This document shows positions 20,105 through 30,548 of a DNA stretch of 64,000 bases, one piece after another. Every line of letters begins with the position of its first letter. The first letter of the stretch is position 1. Origin of the DNA: Gloeobacterales cyanobacterium (lineage in GTDB: Bacteria; Cyanobacteriota; Cyanobacteriia; Gloeobacterales; PMM-0068); contig JBBRSB010000002.1 in assembly GCA_038245785.1 (NCBI GenBank), positions 96,001-160,000 on the forward strand, read 5' to 3'. Both the position numbers and the translations under genes were made by a program. The notes under the pieces are model-generated. The model made no database searches. It had not been told where the DNA came from and saw nothing but the letters and a program-made list of their open reading frames with translations.

Positions 20105-20932
20105 TTGCAAAAAGACTCCGCCCATACCTCTTTCCCTTCTGGTTTTCCCTCAAGCTTGCCAGCATGGATCTATTACCTCGATCAATGTCCGAGTACAAAC
20201 ACTTGGGCCCTTGCTCATCTGGCAAAGCTTGAACATGGTACTGTCGTGTTTACACAGAATCAAACAGCGGGACGCGGACAACAAGGACGCATCTGGCATG
20301 CACCATTGGGGGTCTTGACCTGCAGTATCGTGTTAGAGAGAATCCCGATTGAACAGTTACCTGGATTAAGTTTAGTTGCGGGCTTAGCGGTGATTTATGC
20401 AGTCGAAGATCTGATCCCTGATATACATAAAAGATTGTGCATAAAATGGCCCAATGACATTCTGGTTGAGGGTCAGAAGCTCGCTGGTATTTTGTGTGAG
20501 AGTGTGGTGAATGGCACTTCAGGCGAAGGAAAGGTTGTTGTAGGAATTGGATTGAACCGCTTGGTTGATTTCACTCAAGTTACTCCGGCGTCCAACCTTA
20601 TCGAGACCGCCATCAGTCTGCATCAAATGGCCCCTTTAGTCCCTGATGAATTTTCATTGCTTCAGCAAATGCGTTACTATCTGTTGCAAACAGCAGGGTT
20701 GCTGTGCTCGTGGGGAAATACGGCCCAGCCCGGCTCAGGGTTGATGGAACTTTTACCGACCTTGCGTCAACGCGATGCCCTTTTGGGACGCTCGATCACA
20801 GTTGAACTTGCGGGTGAGAAAATTTTAGGTGAGGCCGAAGGCTTCAACGATCAAGGCTTTCTGTTGCTGCGCCTGCCCGATGGGAACCAGCGAACACTGA
20901 AATCAGGCCACATACTTTTAAATAATTTGTGA
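20105..20932 (+). CDS. birA: Biotin-protein ligase (no HTH), divergent from the carboxylase operon
   Basis: STN, QTAGRGQQGRIW, KWPNDI, KLAGILCE, VVGIGLN; start codon uncertain. Confidence 0.9.
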   Translation: MQKDSAHTSFPSGFPSSLPAWIYYLDQCPSTNTWALAHLAKLEHGTVVFTQNQTAGRGQQGRIWHAPLGVLTCSIVLERIPIEQLPGLSLVAGLAVIYAVEDLIPDIHKRLCIKWPNDILVEGQKLAGILCESVVNGTSGEGKVVVGIGLNRLVDFTQVTPASNLIETAISLHQMAPLVPDEFSLLQQMRYYLLQTAGLLCSWGNTAQPGSGLMELLPTLRQRDALLGRSITVELAGEKILGEAEGFNDQGFLLLRLPDGNQRTLKSGHILLNNL

Positions 20933-21232
20933 TCTTATAGAGTTTTACTTTGAGAAAGGATATCTAGTCTGTGAATCCCGCAAGAGCAAAGGTAATACAT
21001 CTTACCTTTACCTATACTTAATTACTTTTACTTGATAAAAAGATTCATTAGGCTTCCTCTTTCCATTTCACTTCTCGGCGAGTCTAATTTCGTAATTACG
21101 ACAAACTAAACCCCCTGCCTGAAGGGATTTCAGAATGTATCACTTGTGAACATTTTGAAATTTCTTTCAGAGCACCATAACTATCGTCTGCTAAGAAACA
21201 GTTCTCTCCAAAAATATACTTTTGCAAGAATT

Positions 21233-21700
21233 CTAATAGAGAATGGTTGGCTCATTCAGCACAGGAAAAGCCACAGAACTAGTAATGAAGCAGATGTCAT
21301 GAGCTTTATGATGGAGTGATTTCGCTTTTTCCAGATTGCCACCCTCTTCAATCACGACCTTCGGATATAGGGTTACCTCTGTAAATTGGTACTTGCCATT
21401 TTGTTTGGACATTTTGCCAATCGCTTCATCCTTGTAGGAAAGAACGCGAATACCCGAACGGGCGCACAGAGCAAGATAGCTGAGCATATGGCAGGAGGAT
21501 AAAGACATAACCAAAAGATCTTCTGGATTATGCAAAGAGGCATCCCCAAAAAAGTTTGGATCGGCTGAACCTCTGAGATTTTGCTTCCCGTCAATCGTTA
21601 TGCTGTACTCACGAGAATAGGACTCATAGGAAAACTCAGGACTCTTTTCTACCCCTGACCAATCGGTTGTCACTTTATAAATGTGCTCTTGTGTTGCCAT
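21233..21700 (-). CDS. OsmC family protein
   Basis: GSADP, NPEDLL, SSCHML, AHDICFI. Confidence 0.85.
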   Translation of the reverse strand: MATQEHIYKVTTDWSGVEKSPEFSYESYSREYSITIDGKQNLRGSADPNFFGDASLHNPEDLLVMSLSSCHMLSYLALCARSGIRVLSYKDEAIGKMSKQNGKYQFTEVTLYPKVVIEEGGNLEKAKSLHHKAHDICFITSSVAFPVLNEPTILY

Positions 21701-21795
21701 TACTCTCCCCTGAATTTGTTAACAACATTCTTAATTTCACTCATTTTTGGCTTTCAGACAAATTCATCTTTCCAGGTGCAGGGAACCGATTCGTC

Positions 21796-21937
21796 GCCCC
21801 CGTTCGGCTGACGCTCAGAGAAGCCTAAATCCCCCATAGCGTGAGCTGCTACGCACGGCCTCCGGCCTACTCGGAGAGTATTTTGGGGGACTTTGAGGTT
21901 AGAAATCCCCTTGGCTTGGTTGGGGGGACAGGGGGGC
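21796..21937 (-). repeat. Dispersed repeat core with a 24-nt insert and a 22-nt insert that itself holds a 21-nt insert
   Basis: gccc[ccgttcggctgacgctcagagaag]cctaaatccccca[tagcgtgagc[tgctacgcacggcctccggcc]tactcggagagt]attttggggg. Confidence 0.85.
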
Positions 21938-21940
21938 GCC

Positions 21941-22756
21941 CTACCACGGATCAATCCCTAAGAGCTTTCGGCCTAAGACATCTAATTCTGCAGGCTTACC
22001 AGGTTCAGGCTCAATCTGATAGCGCCAACCTCGCCAATGTTTCGGGACTCTGCGCTCTTGCCATAGCTTCACTCTTGCTTGTCGTTCCTTCTCACTGCCT
22101 TCCGGATGCATCGCAATATATTGCACAAAGCGCGGTCGGTCCGTGTGGTTGAGCCCACTTCGATGGAGCAGTAGTGAATTCCAAAGAACCAGCGTTCCGG
22201 CTCGTCCGTCAATACCTAAAATATTTTTTTGATCGGCTTTCGGTTTTAAAGAATGGACTTTTTTGCGGTCTTGAAGCAACTGCGCGAGGAAACGGTAGGC
22301 AGAAGGTACACATTCAAAGGCTCCTTGATTGGCATCCGTATCCGTTAAATAGAGAACCCCCTGAATGCTGAGGTTCTGGGCTTTCCTGGGGTCCACATCC
22401 CAATGCAACAAGCTATCGTCTCGTCTTTGAAAAAGCTGGGAACGAGAGGGAGGCTTGAAGGAAGCACGGTCCATAGTTACCCAAAGCTTCTCCGTGCAAT
22501 AGAGTTCGGCAAAGATTTGGTGAACTTTTGGGTACTGGCGATTGTTCCAAAAGGTCTGAGGATGGTGGATAGGCACAATGCCATTACTGCCTAGCTTCTT
22601 GCGATACCAAGATTCTGGATTGTCCTGATCGATGCCAAGAAATTCACAGATGGTTGTAATTGCCGCTTGGAGATTTTTTAGAGGAAGGACATCTGGCACG
22701 GTGAGATAGCCATGCTCGGCAAAAAATGCATGATCCGCTTCAGAAAGGATGGTCAT
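21941..22756 (-). CDS. PhyH-family Fe(II)/2-oxoglutarate dioxygenase
   Basis: FFAEHGY, HWD...H facial triad, GTLVLWNSLLLH, PRFVQY. Confidence 0.85.
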   Translation of the reverse strand: MTILSEADHAFFAEHGYLTVPDVLPLKNLQAAITTICEFLGIDQDNPESWYRKKLGSNGIVPIHHPQTFWNNRQYPKVHQIFAELYCTEKLWVTMDRASFKPPSRSQLFQRRDDSLLHWDVDPRKAQNLSIQGVLYLTDTDANQGAFECVPSAYRFLAQLLQDRKKVHSLKPKADQKNILGIDGRAGTLVLWNSLLLHRSGLNHTDRPRFVQYIAMHPEGSEKERQARVKLWQERRVPKHWRGWRYQIEPEPGKPAELDVLGRKLLGIDPW

Positions 22757-22765
22757 AGCGCCGTC

Positions 22766-23614
22766 TCACCCCCAGAGAATCTGTGCATGGTGCCGCAGAT
22801 GGTCCTCGATAAAAGTGGAAATAAAATAATACCCATGGTCATAGCCTTCTTGGCGGCGCAAGGTGAGAGGTTGACCCACTTGAGCACAGGCTTTCTCAAA
22901 CACTTCAGGCATCAATTGCGTTTCCAGAAAAGAGTCAGCCGTTCCCTGGTCAATCAGAATCGGCTGGGCGAAGGGAGATTTTAGAATAAGCTCACTTGCA
23001 TCATAGGTTCGCCAGCTTTCTCGATCCGGTCCAAGATAGTAGCTAAAGGCTTTTTGCCCCCAAGGACAACGCATTGGGGCCACAATCGGGGAAAAAGCAG
23101 AAACGGAAGCGTATAGTTTAGGATTTCTCAGCGCACAAACCAAGGCTCCATGTCCACCCATAGAATGGCCAAAGATTCCTTGACGTCCTTGTTTGACGGG
23201 GAAATGCTCGGCAATAAGAGCAGGTAATTCGCGGGTGACATAGCTATACATCCGGTAGTGGGCTTGCCAGGGTTCTTCGGTCGCATCTACATAAAAGCCT
23301 GCGCCCGTCCCAAAATCCCAGTCGGTATCTTCGCCTGGAGTTCCCGTATTTCGGGGGCTCGTATCCGGGGCTACGAGCATGAGTCCATACTTAGCGGCAA
23401 ACTGCTGTGCACCTGCTTTAGCGATGAAATTCTCTTCCGTAGAAGTCAGTCCAGACAAGAAATAGAGCACGGGTACAGACTCTGTTTTTGCCTGAGGCGG
23501 TTCGTACACGGCAAACTTCATTTCGCCGTTACAGGTGAAAGACGGATGGCGGTAGAATCCAACCGTGCCGCTAAAGCAAGCATGCTTACTTACAACAAGA
23601 TGAAGTCTAGACAT
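22766..23614 (-). CDS. fghA: S-formylglutathione hydrolase
   Basis: LSGLT, GAGFY, GHSMGGHGAL, GYDHGYYFI. Confidence 0.95.
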   Translation of the reverse strand: MSRLHLVVSKHACFSGTVGFYRHPSFTCNGEMKFAVYEPPQAKTESVPVLYFLSGLTSTEENFIAKAGAQQFAAKYGLMLVAPDTSPRNTGTPGEDTDWDFGTGAGFYVDATEEPWQAHYRMYSYVTRELPALIAEHFPVKQGRQGIFGHSMGGHGALVCALRNPKLYASVSAFSPIVAPMRCPWGQKAFSYYLGPDRESWRTYDASELILKSPFAQPILIDQGTADSFLETQLMPEVFEKACAQVGQPLTLRRQEGYDHGYYFISTFIEDHLRHHAQILWG

Positions 23615-23618
23615 AGAT

Positions 23619-24728
23619 TTAAAACGTCACTACAGTACGAATTCCTTCCCCTCGGTGCATTAGATCAAATGCTTCATTGATCCGCTCCACGGGCATCACT
23701 TGGGTGATCAAATCATCGATATTGATCTTGCCTTCCATGTACCAGTCTACAATTTTGGGCACGGCTGTCCGACCTTTCACTCCGCCGAAAGCTGTTCCTT
23801 TCCAAACTCGACCCGTTACCAGTTGAAAGGGACGGGTACTGATTTCCTGACCGGCCCCCGCTACACCCACAATCACACTTACGCCCCAGCCCTTGTGGCA
23901 GCACTCTAAAGCCTGACGCATCACCTTAATATTGCCAATGCATTCAAAACTGTAATCCGCTCCACCCTTCGTCAGTTCTACCAGGTGAGCAACTAAATCT
24001 CCCTCTACTTCTTTGGGATTCACAAAATGGGTCATCCCTAGTTTTTCAGCCAGGACCTGTTTTTTCGGATTCAGGTCCACCCCGACGATCATGTCGGCCC
24101 CAACCATCCGTGCCCCCTGGATCACATTCAAGCCGATCCCACCCAAGCCGAAGACCACCACATTCGCCCCTGGTTCTACTTTGGCGGTATTGATCACTGC
24201 TCCAATTCCAGTGGTAACCCCGCATCCGATATAGCAGACTTTCTCAAAAGGGGCATCTTCCCGAATTTTCGCCAGGGCAATCTCTGGTAGTACGGTGTAG
24301 TTCGCAAAGGTGGAAGTACCCATATAGTGATGAATCTTTTTGCCGTCCAAGGAAAAGCGACTCGTTCCATCGGGCATCACGCCCTTGCCCTGGGTAATCC
24401 GAATCGCCTGACAGAGATTGGTCTTACCACTGAGGCAATAGTCACAGTTTCGGCACTCTGGAGTGTAGAGCGGAATTACATGATCTCCTGGCTTGAGGGA
24501 TTTCACTCCTGGCCCCACTTCCACCACCACGCCAGCCCCTTCATGCCCAAGGATGGCTGGGAATAAACCTTCAGGGTCATCCCCAGAAAGTGTAAAAGCA
24601 TCGGTGTGGCATATGCCTGTGGCTTTAATTTCCACCAGTACTTCCCCTTCTTTGGGGCCTTCCAGCTGCACTGTTTCGATACTCAGGGGTTTCCCTGCTT
24701 CAAAGGCAACGGCTGCTTTCACGTCCAT
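23619..24728 (-). CDS. frmA: S-(hydroxymethyl)glutathione dehydrogenase / class III ADH
   Basis: [40 protein letters not shown]. Confidence 0.95.
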   Translation of the reverse strand: MDVKAAVAFEAGKPLSIETVQLEGPKEGEVLVEIKATGICHTDAFTLSGDDPEGLFPAILGHEGAGVVVEVGPGVKSLKPGDHVIPLYTPECRNCDYCLSGKTNLCQAIRITQGKGVMPDGTSRFSLDGKKIHHYMGTSTFANYTVLPEIALAKIREDAPFEKVCYIGCGVTTGIGAVINTAKVEPGANVVVFGLGGIGLNVIQGARMVGADMIVGVDLNPKKQVLAEKLGMTHFVNPKEVEGDLVAHLVELTKGGADYSFECIGNIKVMRQALECCHKGWGVSVIVGVAGAGQEISTRPFQLVTGRVWKGTAFGGVKGRTAVPKIVDWYMEGKINIDDLITQVMPVERINEAFDLMHRGEGIRTVVTF

Positions 24729-24793
24729 GCTGCTACTCCTGTGGTCTGCAACGACTATGCCCGATTATCTACGGTTTTAAGTATCGCTTAGCC

Positions 24794-24818
24794 AAATAAA
24801 AAGGGGGCATGACCCCCT
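24794..24818 (-). terminator. Rho-independent terminator after petF
   Basis: AGGGGG-tcatg-CCCCCT followed by TTTTATTT on the minus strand. Confidence 0.7.
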
Positions 24819-24846
24819 CAAACCCTTTGTCTAACTAAACACAGGC

Positions 24847-25137
24847 TTAGTAGATTTCTTCTTCCTTATGGGTTTCGATGACGCAATCACCTGTGGGATA
24901 GGCCACACAGGTCAGAATGTAACCAGCAGCAATCTGGTCATCGTCAAGGAAGGATTGGTCAGACTGGTCAGGGGCAGCCCCGCTTACCAGCTTGCCAGCG
25001 CAGGTAGAACAAGCACCCGCGCGACATGAGAAGGGCAGGTCAATACCGGCTTCCTCTGCGGCATCAAGGATGTACTTATCAGAGGCACACTCGATGACTT
25101 TTTCGCCAGAAGGGGTTTTTAGCGTAACTTTTGCCAT
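24847..25137 (-). CDS. petF: Plant-type [2Fe-2S] ferredoxin
   Basis: [33 protein letters not shown]. Confidence 0.95.
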   Translation of the reverse strand: MAKVTLKTPSGEKVIECASDKYILDAAEEAGIDLPFSCRAGACSTCAGKLVSGAAPDQSDQSFLDDDQIAAGYILTCVAYPTGDCVIETHKEEEIY

Positions 25138-25236
25138 GCTGTTCGATTCTCCCGATTGGATAGTTAAGAAGTAGGGCTTTCACAAAGACTCAGCTTATAT
25201 CAAAAAGCTCCCCGATGGCAGCTCTCCAAAGCATAA

Positions 25237-26097
25237 CTATGAAGACTTTGTTAAGCGGTCCAAGCCGAACAAATTTCTGAAAATCCCGTCTGTTATCGAT
25301 TTAGGCGTGAGCTTAAGAGCACTAGCCAAAAAAGAACCCCCCGAAAAAGCTTGATAGCGGTCACTGCAGTTTTCGTCACTCAGCGCTTTCAGAATATACT
25401 GCGCAACCCTTTCTGGCTCCCAGGCTTCACGTATAAAGCTATCCATTTGCGCTTGGGTTTTCAGGGAAGCTTCTTTATAAGGGCCTTCCAAATAGGGCAT
25501 CGACTGGTCGCGCGCTACATCAAAAAATTCTGTTTTTACAGGCCCTGGCTCCACCAAAGAGACTTGTATGCCAAAAGGAGCGAGTTCCATACGCAGGCTA
25601 TCGCTCAGTCCCTCCAAAGCGAATTTACTGGCATGGTAGAGGCCGCTGAAGGGCAAAGAAACCAAACCAGACAGGGAACTGATATTCACGATTCTGCCCT
25701 TGCCCTGAGCCCGCATCGTGGGAATCACTTTCTGGGTAAGCAGCAGCAGCCCAATCACATTTACTTCAAATTGACGGCGGATATCCTCTTCCGTAAGCAT
25801 TTCCAGAGGACCATATTGCCCATAGCCTGCGTTGTTGACCAAAGCATCAATTCGCCCATAGTGATCTAGCGTTTTGGTAACCAGGTTTTCCAGGTCTGCC
25901 CCTTGGGTCATATCGGTGGGAACTACAAGGCTTTGTGTCTTAAGTCCAATTGCTAACTGTTCAAGCTTGTCCACACTCCGCGCTGCCAGCACCAACTTGG
26001 CTCCTTGCGTCGCTAAAAGTTTAGCCGTAGCTGCTCCAATACCTAGAGAAGCACCTGTGATGATGATGACTTGGCCTGCGATCTTGTTTTGACTCAT
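25237..26097 (-). CDS. Short-chain dehydrogenase/reductase
   Basis: TGASLGIG, NNAG, YHASK. Confidence 0.9.
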   Translation of the reverse strand: MSQNKIAGQVIIITGASLGIGAATAKLLATQGAKLVLAARSVDKLEQLAIGLKTQSLVVPTDMTQGADLENLVTKTLDHYGRIDALVNNAGYGQYGPLEMLTEEDIRRQFEVNVIGLLLLTQKVIPTMRAQGKGRIVNISSLSGLVSLPFSGLYHASKFALEGLSDSLRMELAPFGIQVSLVEPGPVKTEFFDVARDQSMPYLEGPYKEASLKTQAQMDSFIREAWEPERVAQYILKALSDENCSDRYQAFSGGSFLASALKLTPKSITDGIFRNLFGLDRLTKSS

Positions 26098-26131
26098 AAG
26101 CTCTTATTGGGATTGCATCTTATAACTAAGT

Positions 26132-27496
26132 CTAACTAGGTGAGCGTGCAGTGAATTGAGCAGCTACTTTCTGGAGTACAAGCTCCAGACGAACCCCGCG
26201 TGATGCTTTAAAGAGTACCCGGTCTCCTGGCTCTAAATATGCTTGCAGGGTATCAGCCAAAGATTGGTGGTCGGGATGAATGCTGGATTTTGTGCCGATG
26301 GCTCCTTTTTGGATAGCTTCTCCGTCAGCACCACAATCGAGAATAAACAGACGGTCTAGCCCCAAGGCTTTTACATGTTCTCCAACCTGCTGATGGTAGT
26401 CCTGAGACTGTTCCCCCAATTCTTTCATTTGGCCTAAAACCGCTATATGCCGTTTGCCAGGCGTTTGCGCCAAGACGTCTAAGACTGCTTTCGTCGCTTC
26501 TGGACCTGCATTATAGGTTTCATCCAGAAAAACTAAGGGATCGCTTTCGTCCTCAGGATGCAGAAATTCCAATTTTTTACTGCGGCCACCAGGCAACGTG
26601 AGCCCCTCTAGTCGTGCAGGCAAACTTGCCAAATCAAGTCCTAAACCTCTATGGGCCACGGCCAAAGCTCCCAAAAGATTCATCGCCTGATGCCGTCCAG
26701 CAAAGGGTAGCGGAAAAGGCGTCCCCTCAACCCAGAGCGCGTCATTACGGAGTTCCCCCTGAAATTCCCCAGCGTCTAAGCCATAGGTCAGCCATGGACG
26801 TCCGTCTAAAACTTTTTGAGCCGTTTGTAGCAAGAGCGGCTGTTCTCCATTCAAGACGGCTAAACCATCAGCCGGCAACGTTTCTAAGAGTTCGCATTTA
26901 GCTTTGGCAATATTTTCCAAAGAACCCAAACGTTCCAGATGGGCGGATCCCACAGCGGTAATCAAACCAATGGTCGGTCGGGCAATCATCCCTAGGGTAT
27001 GAATCTCTCCTAAAGCGCGCATGCCCATTTCAATAACGGCGTAGGAGTGGCTAGCCTCCAACCCGAGCAGCGTTTTGGGGACGCCAATTTCGTTATTTTC
27101 ATTGGCCAAAGACTTGAGCGTGGCAGGACCTAAAAGGGCGGTCAGTAACTCTTTGGTGGAGGTCTTACCGACAGAACCCGTAATCCCAATCACGGGAATC
27201 GCAGATTGCTCACGCCACCATCGAGCAATCTGTTGGTACACCAAAAGAGTATCTTTCACCAAAATATGAGGCTCGTTCACGGGGACTTGGCTAACCACTC
27301 CCACAGCACCTTGAGCCATGGCCTGTGGGATAAACTGATGCCCATCGAACTTTTCACCCACCAGCGGAATAAACAGTTCTCCAGGAACAATGCCTCGTGA
27401 ATCTGTACGCACGGCGAACTTACTGCTCGACCAATTTCCTTGCAGAGTAGAACCTGTGAGGGCAGCCAGGTCCTCAACAGTTAGTAAGCACCCCAT
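26132..27496 (-). CDS. murF: UDP-N-acetylmuramoyl-tripeptide--D-Ala-D-Ala ligase
   Basis: ITGSVGKTSTKE, NNEIGVP, EMGMR, DETYNA, KASRG; ATG 27496 preferred over the ORF-track start. Confidence 0.92.
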   Translation of the reverse strand: MGCLLTVEDLAALTGSTLQGNWSSSKFAVRTDSRGIVPGELFIPLVGEKFDGHQFIPQAMAQGAVGVVSQVPVNEPHILVKDTLLVYQQIARWWREQSAIPVIGITGSVGKTSTKELLTALLGPATLKSLANENNEIGVPKTLLGLEASHSYAVIEMGMRALGEIHTLGMIARPTIGLITAVGSAHLERLGSLENIAKAKCELLETLPADGLAVLNGEQPLLLQTAQKVLDGRPWLTYGLDAGEFQGELRNDALWVEGTPFPLPFAGRHQAMNLLGALAVAHRGLGLDLASLPARLEGLTLPGGRSKKLEFLHPEDESDPLVFLDETYNAGPEATKAVLDVLAQTPGKRHIAVLGQMKELGEQSQDYHQQVGEHVKALGLDRLFILDCGADGEAIQKGAIGTKSSIHPDHQSLADTLQAYLEPGDRVLFKASRGVRLELVLQKVAAQFTARSPS

Positions 27497-27775
27497 GTGA
27501 TCGCCATCTAATTTGCCCAAATATCCTACACAGTTTTGCTCCGCTCTGACCGCCAGCAGACCGTTCAAAGCAATGAGCGTTACAGAAAGAGATAGAGAAG
27601 AAGCGGACTTCCTATCCACTTCTATAAATCGATACAATCAGGACAAAAGCTTCTCTTGGAGCGGACTTTCAATATTTTCACCCTCTGTAGAAACCTTAAA
27701 TCAGGCTTATATTGACCTGAGGGGGAGAACCTCTGCACGTACTATCAGATAATAGAAGACGTCTGTCCGTAACGC

Positions 27776-29803
27776 TTGAGCACAGGCTATTTCCCCGGAG
27801 AAACACGAACGGTGGCAAGGCTGAAAGCAAAGACCTCTCTTTTAGAAGACTTCTTGGTGGCAGAACCCAGCCTGCGTCCCCAGATTTACTTCAAGAACTC
27901 CTTAACGGCGCTTTCCCATGCGATGGAAGACCAAATCCTCGCGGTGGACAATCGCGATGACCCTCCTTTGGTGATTGCCAACTTCCAAAAAGAACGTTTT
28001 TATCGGATGGAAGCCCGTCGCTATGAGCGCATCAGCTCCCAGGCAGACCAAGTATTTATCCTGGCAGCTCCAGAAACTGAATTTTTTGGACAGGATACAG
28101 ACTGCCACTTGGTCGCTTTAGACCCGAAGGACCCCTTGGCGCAGGAATGGCATCTGATTATCCTTTGTCGTCGCTATGCGGCAGTCCTGGTTTGCCGGGA
28201 AGAGCCTGGTTCGGAAGTTCTCACTGACTATAATGGCCAGGACGTATTACCTACCCTGGATCCAGCCCGTCGTTTCCGGGGCGTTTGGTCTTTCGACCGT
28301 CAGATGACTTGGCGAGCAGCATCTTTGATTTTGCCCAAAATCTCAGTTTATCGACCCGATTGTGCTGAAATTTTGAAAAATCATCCCATGCTCTTGCTTA
28401 CACCTGGTGGCCCGGCTCTGATCGACCCCACGGTTTATACCGAGCGACTTTTTAACTACTTGCAGGCAGGCCAGTACAAACTGGTCAAAACGATCAAGGT
28501 CATTCAAGGGCAAGAACGTAAAGAACGGTTGGTCAATCGGATCACAGGCATTGTCCGCAGTTCTCTTGACCCGCAGGTGGTCCTCCAGATGGCAGTTCAA
28601 GAATTGGGAGAAGCCCTGCATGCTTCCCGCTGTCTTCTCTATCGACCTACTGGAGATGGGCACTATCAGATTCGTCAAGAATTTCGAGCACCGGATGTAG
28701 ACAGTCTTGTGGATCATGAGGATGAGCTTTCCCATAAAGCCTTGATTGAACTAGCGGTGCAGCGCAATCAAGTGATCACCCTGGGTATTGATGACTCAGG
28801 ACGCAGCAATTATCCACCCGAAATTTCCGGAGTTCTAAGCGCAGAAATCTCGATCAAAAAAGAAATGCAAGCTCAGGGGATTCAGTCTTGGCTTGTCGCT
28901 CCCGTCATTTTTCAGGAGCAAACCCTTGGGGCCTTGAGTCTACAGCAGACCGATGGCGAAGGCAGGGTCTGGACTCTGGCCGAAATAGAGCTAGTCAGTG
29001 CCGTTGCAGACCAACTGGGCGTTGCTCTAATCCAAGCGGAAGCCTATCGCAGCCTTCAACAGCTCAACCAGCAGCTCAAGAGTTTAGACAAAGCCCGCTC
29101 AGATCTGATTACGGTTACTACCCACGAATTGCGGACCCCTCTGACGACCCTAAGGGTATGTTTAGAGACCCTCCAAGAACATCCTGAAATGGAGCCTGTC
29201 TTACGGCAGCAATTTTTGGATGGGGCACTCCAAGATTCCGAACGACTGAGAGATTTGGTGGAAGATTTTCTGATCCTATCTCGCTTGGAAGCAGGCCGAG
29301 TGCGTTGGCAAATGGAGAAAACGGACCTCGCGGAATGTTTTAGCATTGCAATAAGCAGTATGCGCCGCAAAGAAGTCAGCATGGACCTCAAACTGGACCT
29401 TGCCTCTGATTTGCCCACTGTTTGGACCGACCGGGAGCGGCTCACAGAAGTCTTAATCAAGCTTCTAGACAATGCTGTAAAGTTTTCCAATCCACCCCAT
29501 ACCATTGAAGTCTCTGCTAAGAGCATAGAAAATGCCGTAGAAGTCTGTGTCCGTGATTATGGCCGAGGTATCGAAGCGGACCGCCTTGCGATCATTTTTG
29601 ATGCCTTCACGCAAGCAGAAGCCGTGATGACTCGGACTACCGCTGGCTGCGGTTTAGGCTTAACCATCTGTCACCAAATCATTACCCAGCAGGGGGGACA
29701 GATTTGGGCGGAATCAGAAGGTCTAGGTAAAGGCAGCCGTTTTTATATTGTGCTGCCTACTGCAGAGACGGATTTCCAAGAACAGGCCATGGCGAAATCC
29801 TGA
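27776..29803 (+). CDS. DICT-GAF sensor histidine kinase
   Basis: YFKNSLTALSHAMED/QEWH (DICT), GAF region, THELRTPL, LLDNAVKF, GLGL; start uncertain. Confidence 0.9.
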   Translation: MSTGYFPGETRTVARLKAKTSLLEDFLVAEPSLRPQIYFKNSLTALSHAMEDQILAVDNRDDPPLVIANFQKERFYRMEARRYERISSQADQVFILAAPETEFFGQDTDCHLVALDPKDPLAQEWHLIILCRRYAAVLVCREEPGSEVLTDYNGQDVLPTLDPARRFRGVWSFDRQMTWRAASLILPKISVYRPDCAEILKNHPMLLLTPGGPALIDPTVYTERLFNYLQAGQYKLVKTIKVIQGQERKERLVNRITGIVRSSLDPQVVLQMAVQELGEALHASRCLLYRPTGDGHYQIRQEFRAPDVDSLVDHEDELSHKALIELAVQRNQVITLGIDDSGRSNYPPEISGVLSAEISIKKEMQAQGIQSWLVAPVIFQEQTLGALSLQQTDGEGRVWTLAEIELVSAVADQLGVALIQAEAYRSLQQLNQQLKSLDKARSDLITVTTHELRTPLTTLRVCLETLQEHPEMEPVLRQQFLDGALQDSERLRDLVEDFLILSRLEAGRVRWQMEKTDLAECFSIAISSMRRKEVSMDLKLDLASDLPTVWTDRERLTEVLIKLLDNAVKFSNPPHTIEVSAKSIENAVEVCVRDYGRGIEADRLAIIFDAFTQAEAVMTRTTAGCGLGLTICHQIITQQGGQIWAESEGLGKGSRFYIVLPTAETDFQEQAMAKS

Positions 29804-30264
29804 TGTCATCGTCAATGTGGGAATTTTGGATGGACGAAGCACTCCATCAAGCCCAAGCATCCTCTCTACAGGGGGATGTGCCTGTAGGTGCTGTGCTCGT
29901 GGATGCCACAGGAACGTTACTCGCGGCTGGGGGAAACCGTAGAGAGCAAGACCATGACCCTTCAGCCCATGCTGAAATTGTGGTTTTGCGGGCTGCCGGT
30001 CAAAAGCTACAGCGATGGCGATTTCCAGATGCCACGCTGATCGTGACCTTAGAACCCTGTGCCATGTGTGCTGGAGCAATTCTGCAAGCCAGGGTCAAAC
30101 GCCTAGTCTATGGGGCCGATGATCCGAAGGCCGGAGCTATAAGAACCGTAGCCAATCTCCCTGATAGCCCCCTCTCCTTTCATTATCTAGAAGTTTTAGC
30201 AGGAATTCGAGAATCAGCCTGTCGGGAGTTGCTACAGGATTGGTTTAAAAACAACGTCCGCTGA
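29803..30264 (+). CDS. tadA: tRNA adenosine(34) deaminase
   Basis: HAE, TLEPCAMC, VYGADDPK; overlaps the kinase stop (TGATG). Confidence 0.9.
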   Translation: MSSSMWEFWMDEALHQAQASSLQGDVPVGAVLVDATGTLLAAGGNRREQDHDPSAHAEIVVLRAAGQKLQRWRFPDATLIVTLEPCAMCAGAILQARVKRLVYGADDPKAGAIRTVANLPDSPLSFHYLEVLAGIRESACRELLQDWFKNNVR

Positions 30265-30548
30265 TCTTCAATAGCACAAAAGAGATGCAGCAGAACTGCA
30301 ATAGATACAGTTTTTGGAAGTCATGCTCTAATATTTAATCGGTTTTATCGCAACTATTTGGACTAGACTTTTCTGATTTCGGGAATTATAAATAAACCCT
30401 TAAAATTTATCATTGCTAACTGTCATTAAGTGTCACAAGCAACTTTATCAAAGGTTAACAAAAAACTTATTTCAGGTTTAACACTTCTTCACATTACCTA
30501 TAAACTGCTGGGCACTCTCCCCATACGTACTTTTTACGGATAGGGAAA

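Noticed and set aside
20988..21009. GTA-N8-TAC at 20992-21005
   Set aside because: Lies between convergent genes and is part of an aaaggtaa/ttaccttt hairpin; more likely a terminator or chance
27497..27637. Long N-terminal extensions in the ORF track for murF (also the M16 peptidase, mntA, purL and the carboxylase)
   Set aside because: Family similarity starts at downstream start codons; these are longest-ORF artefacts
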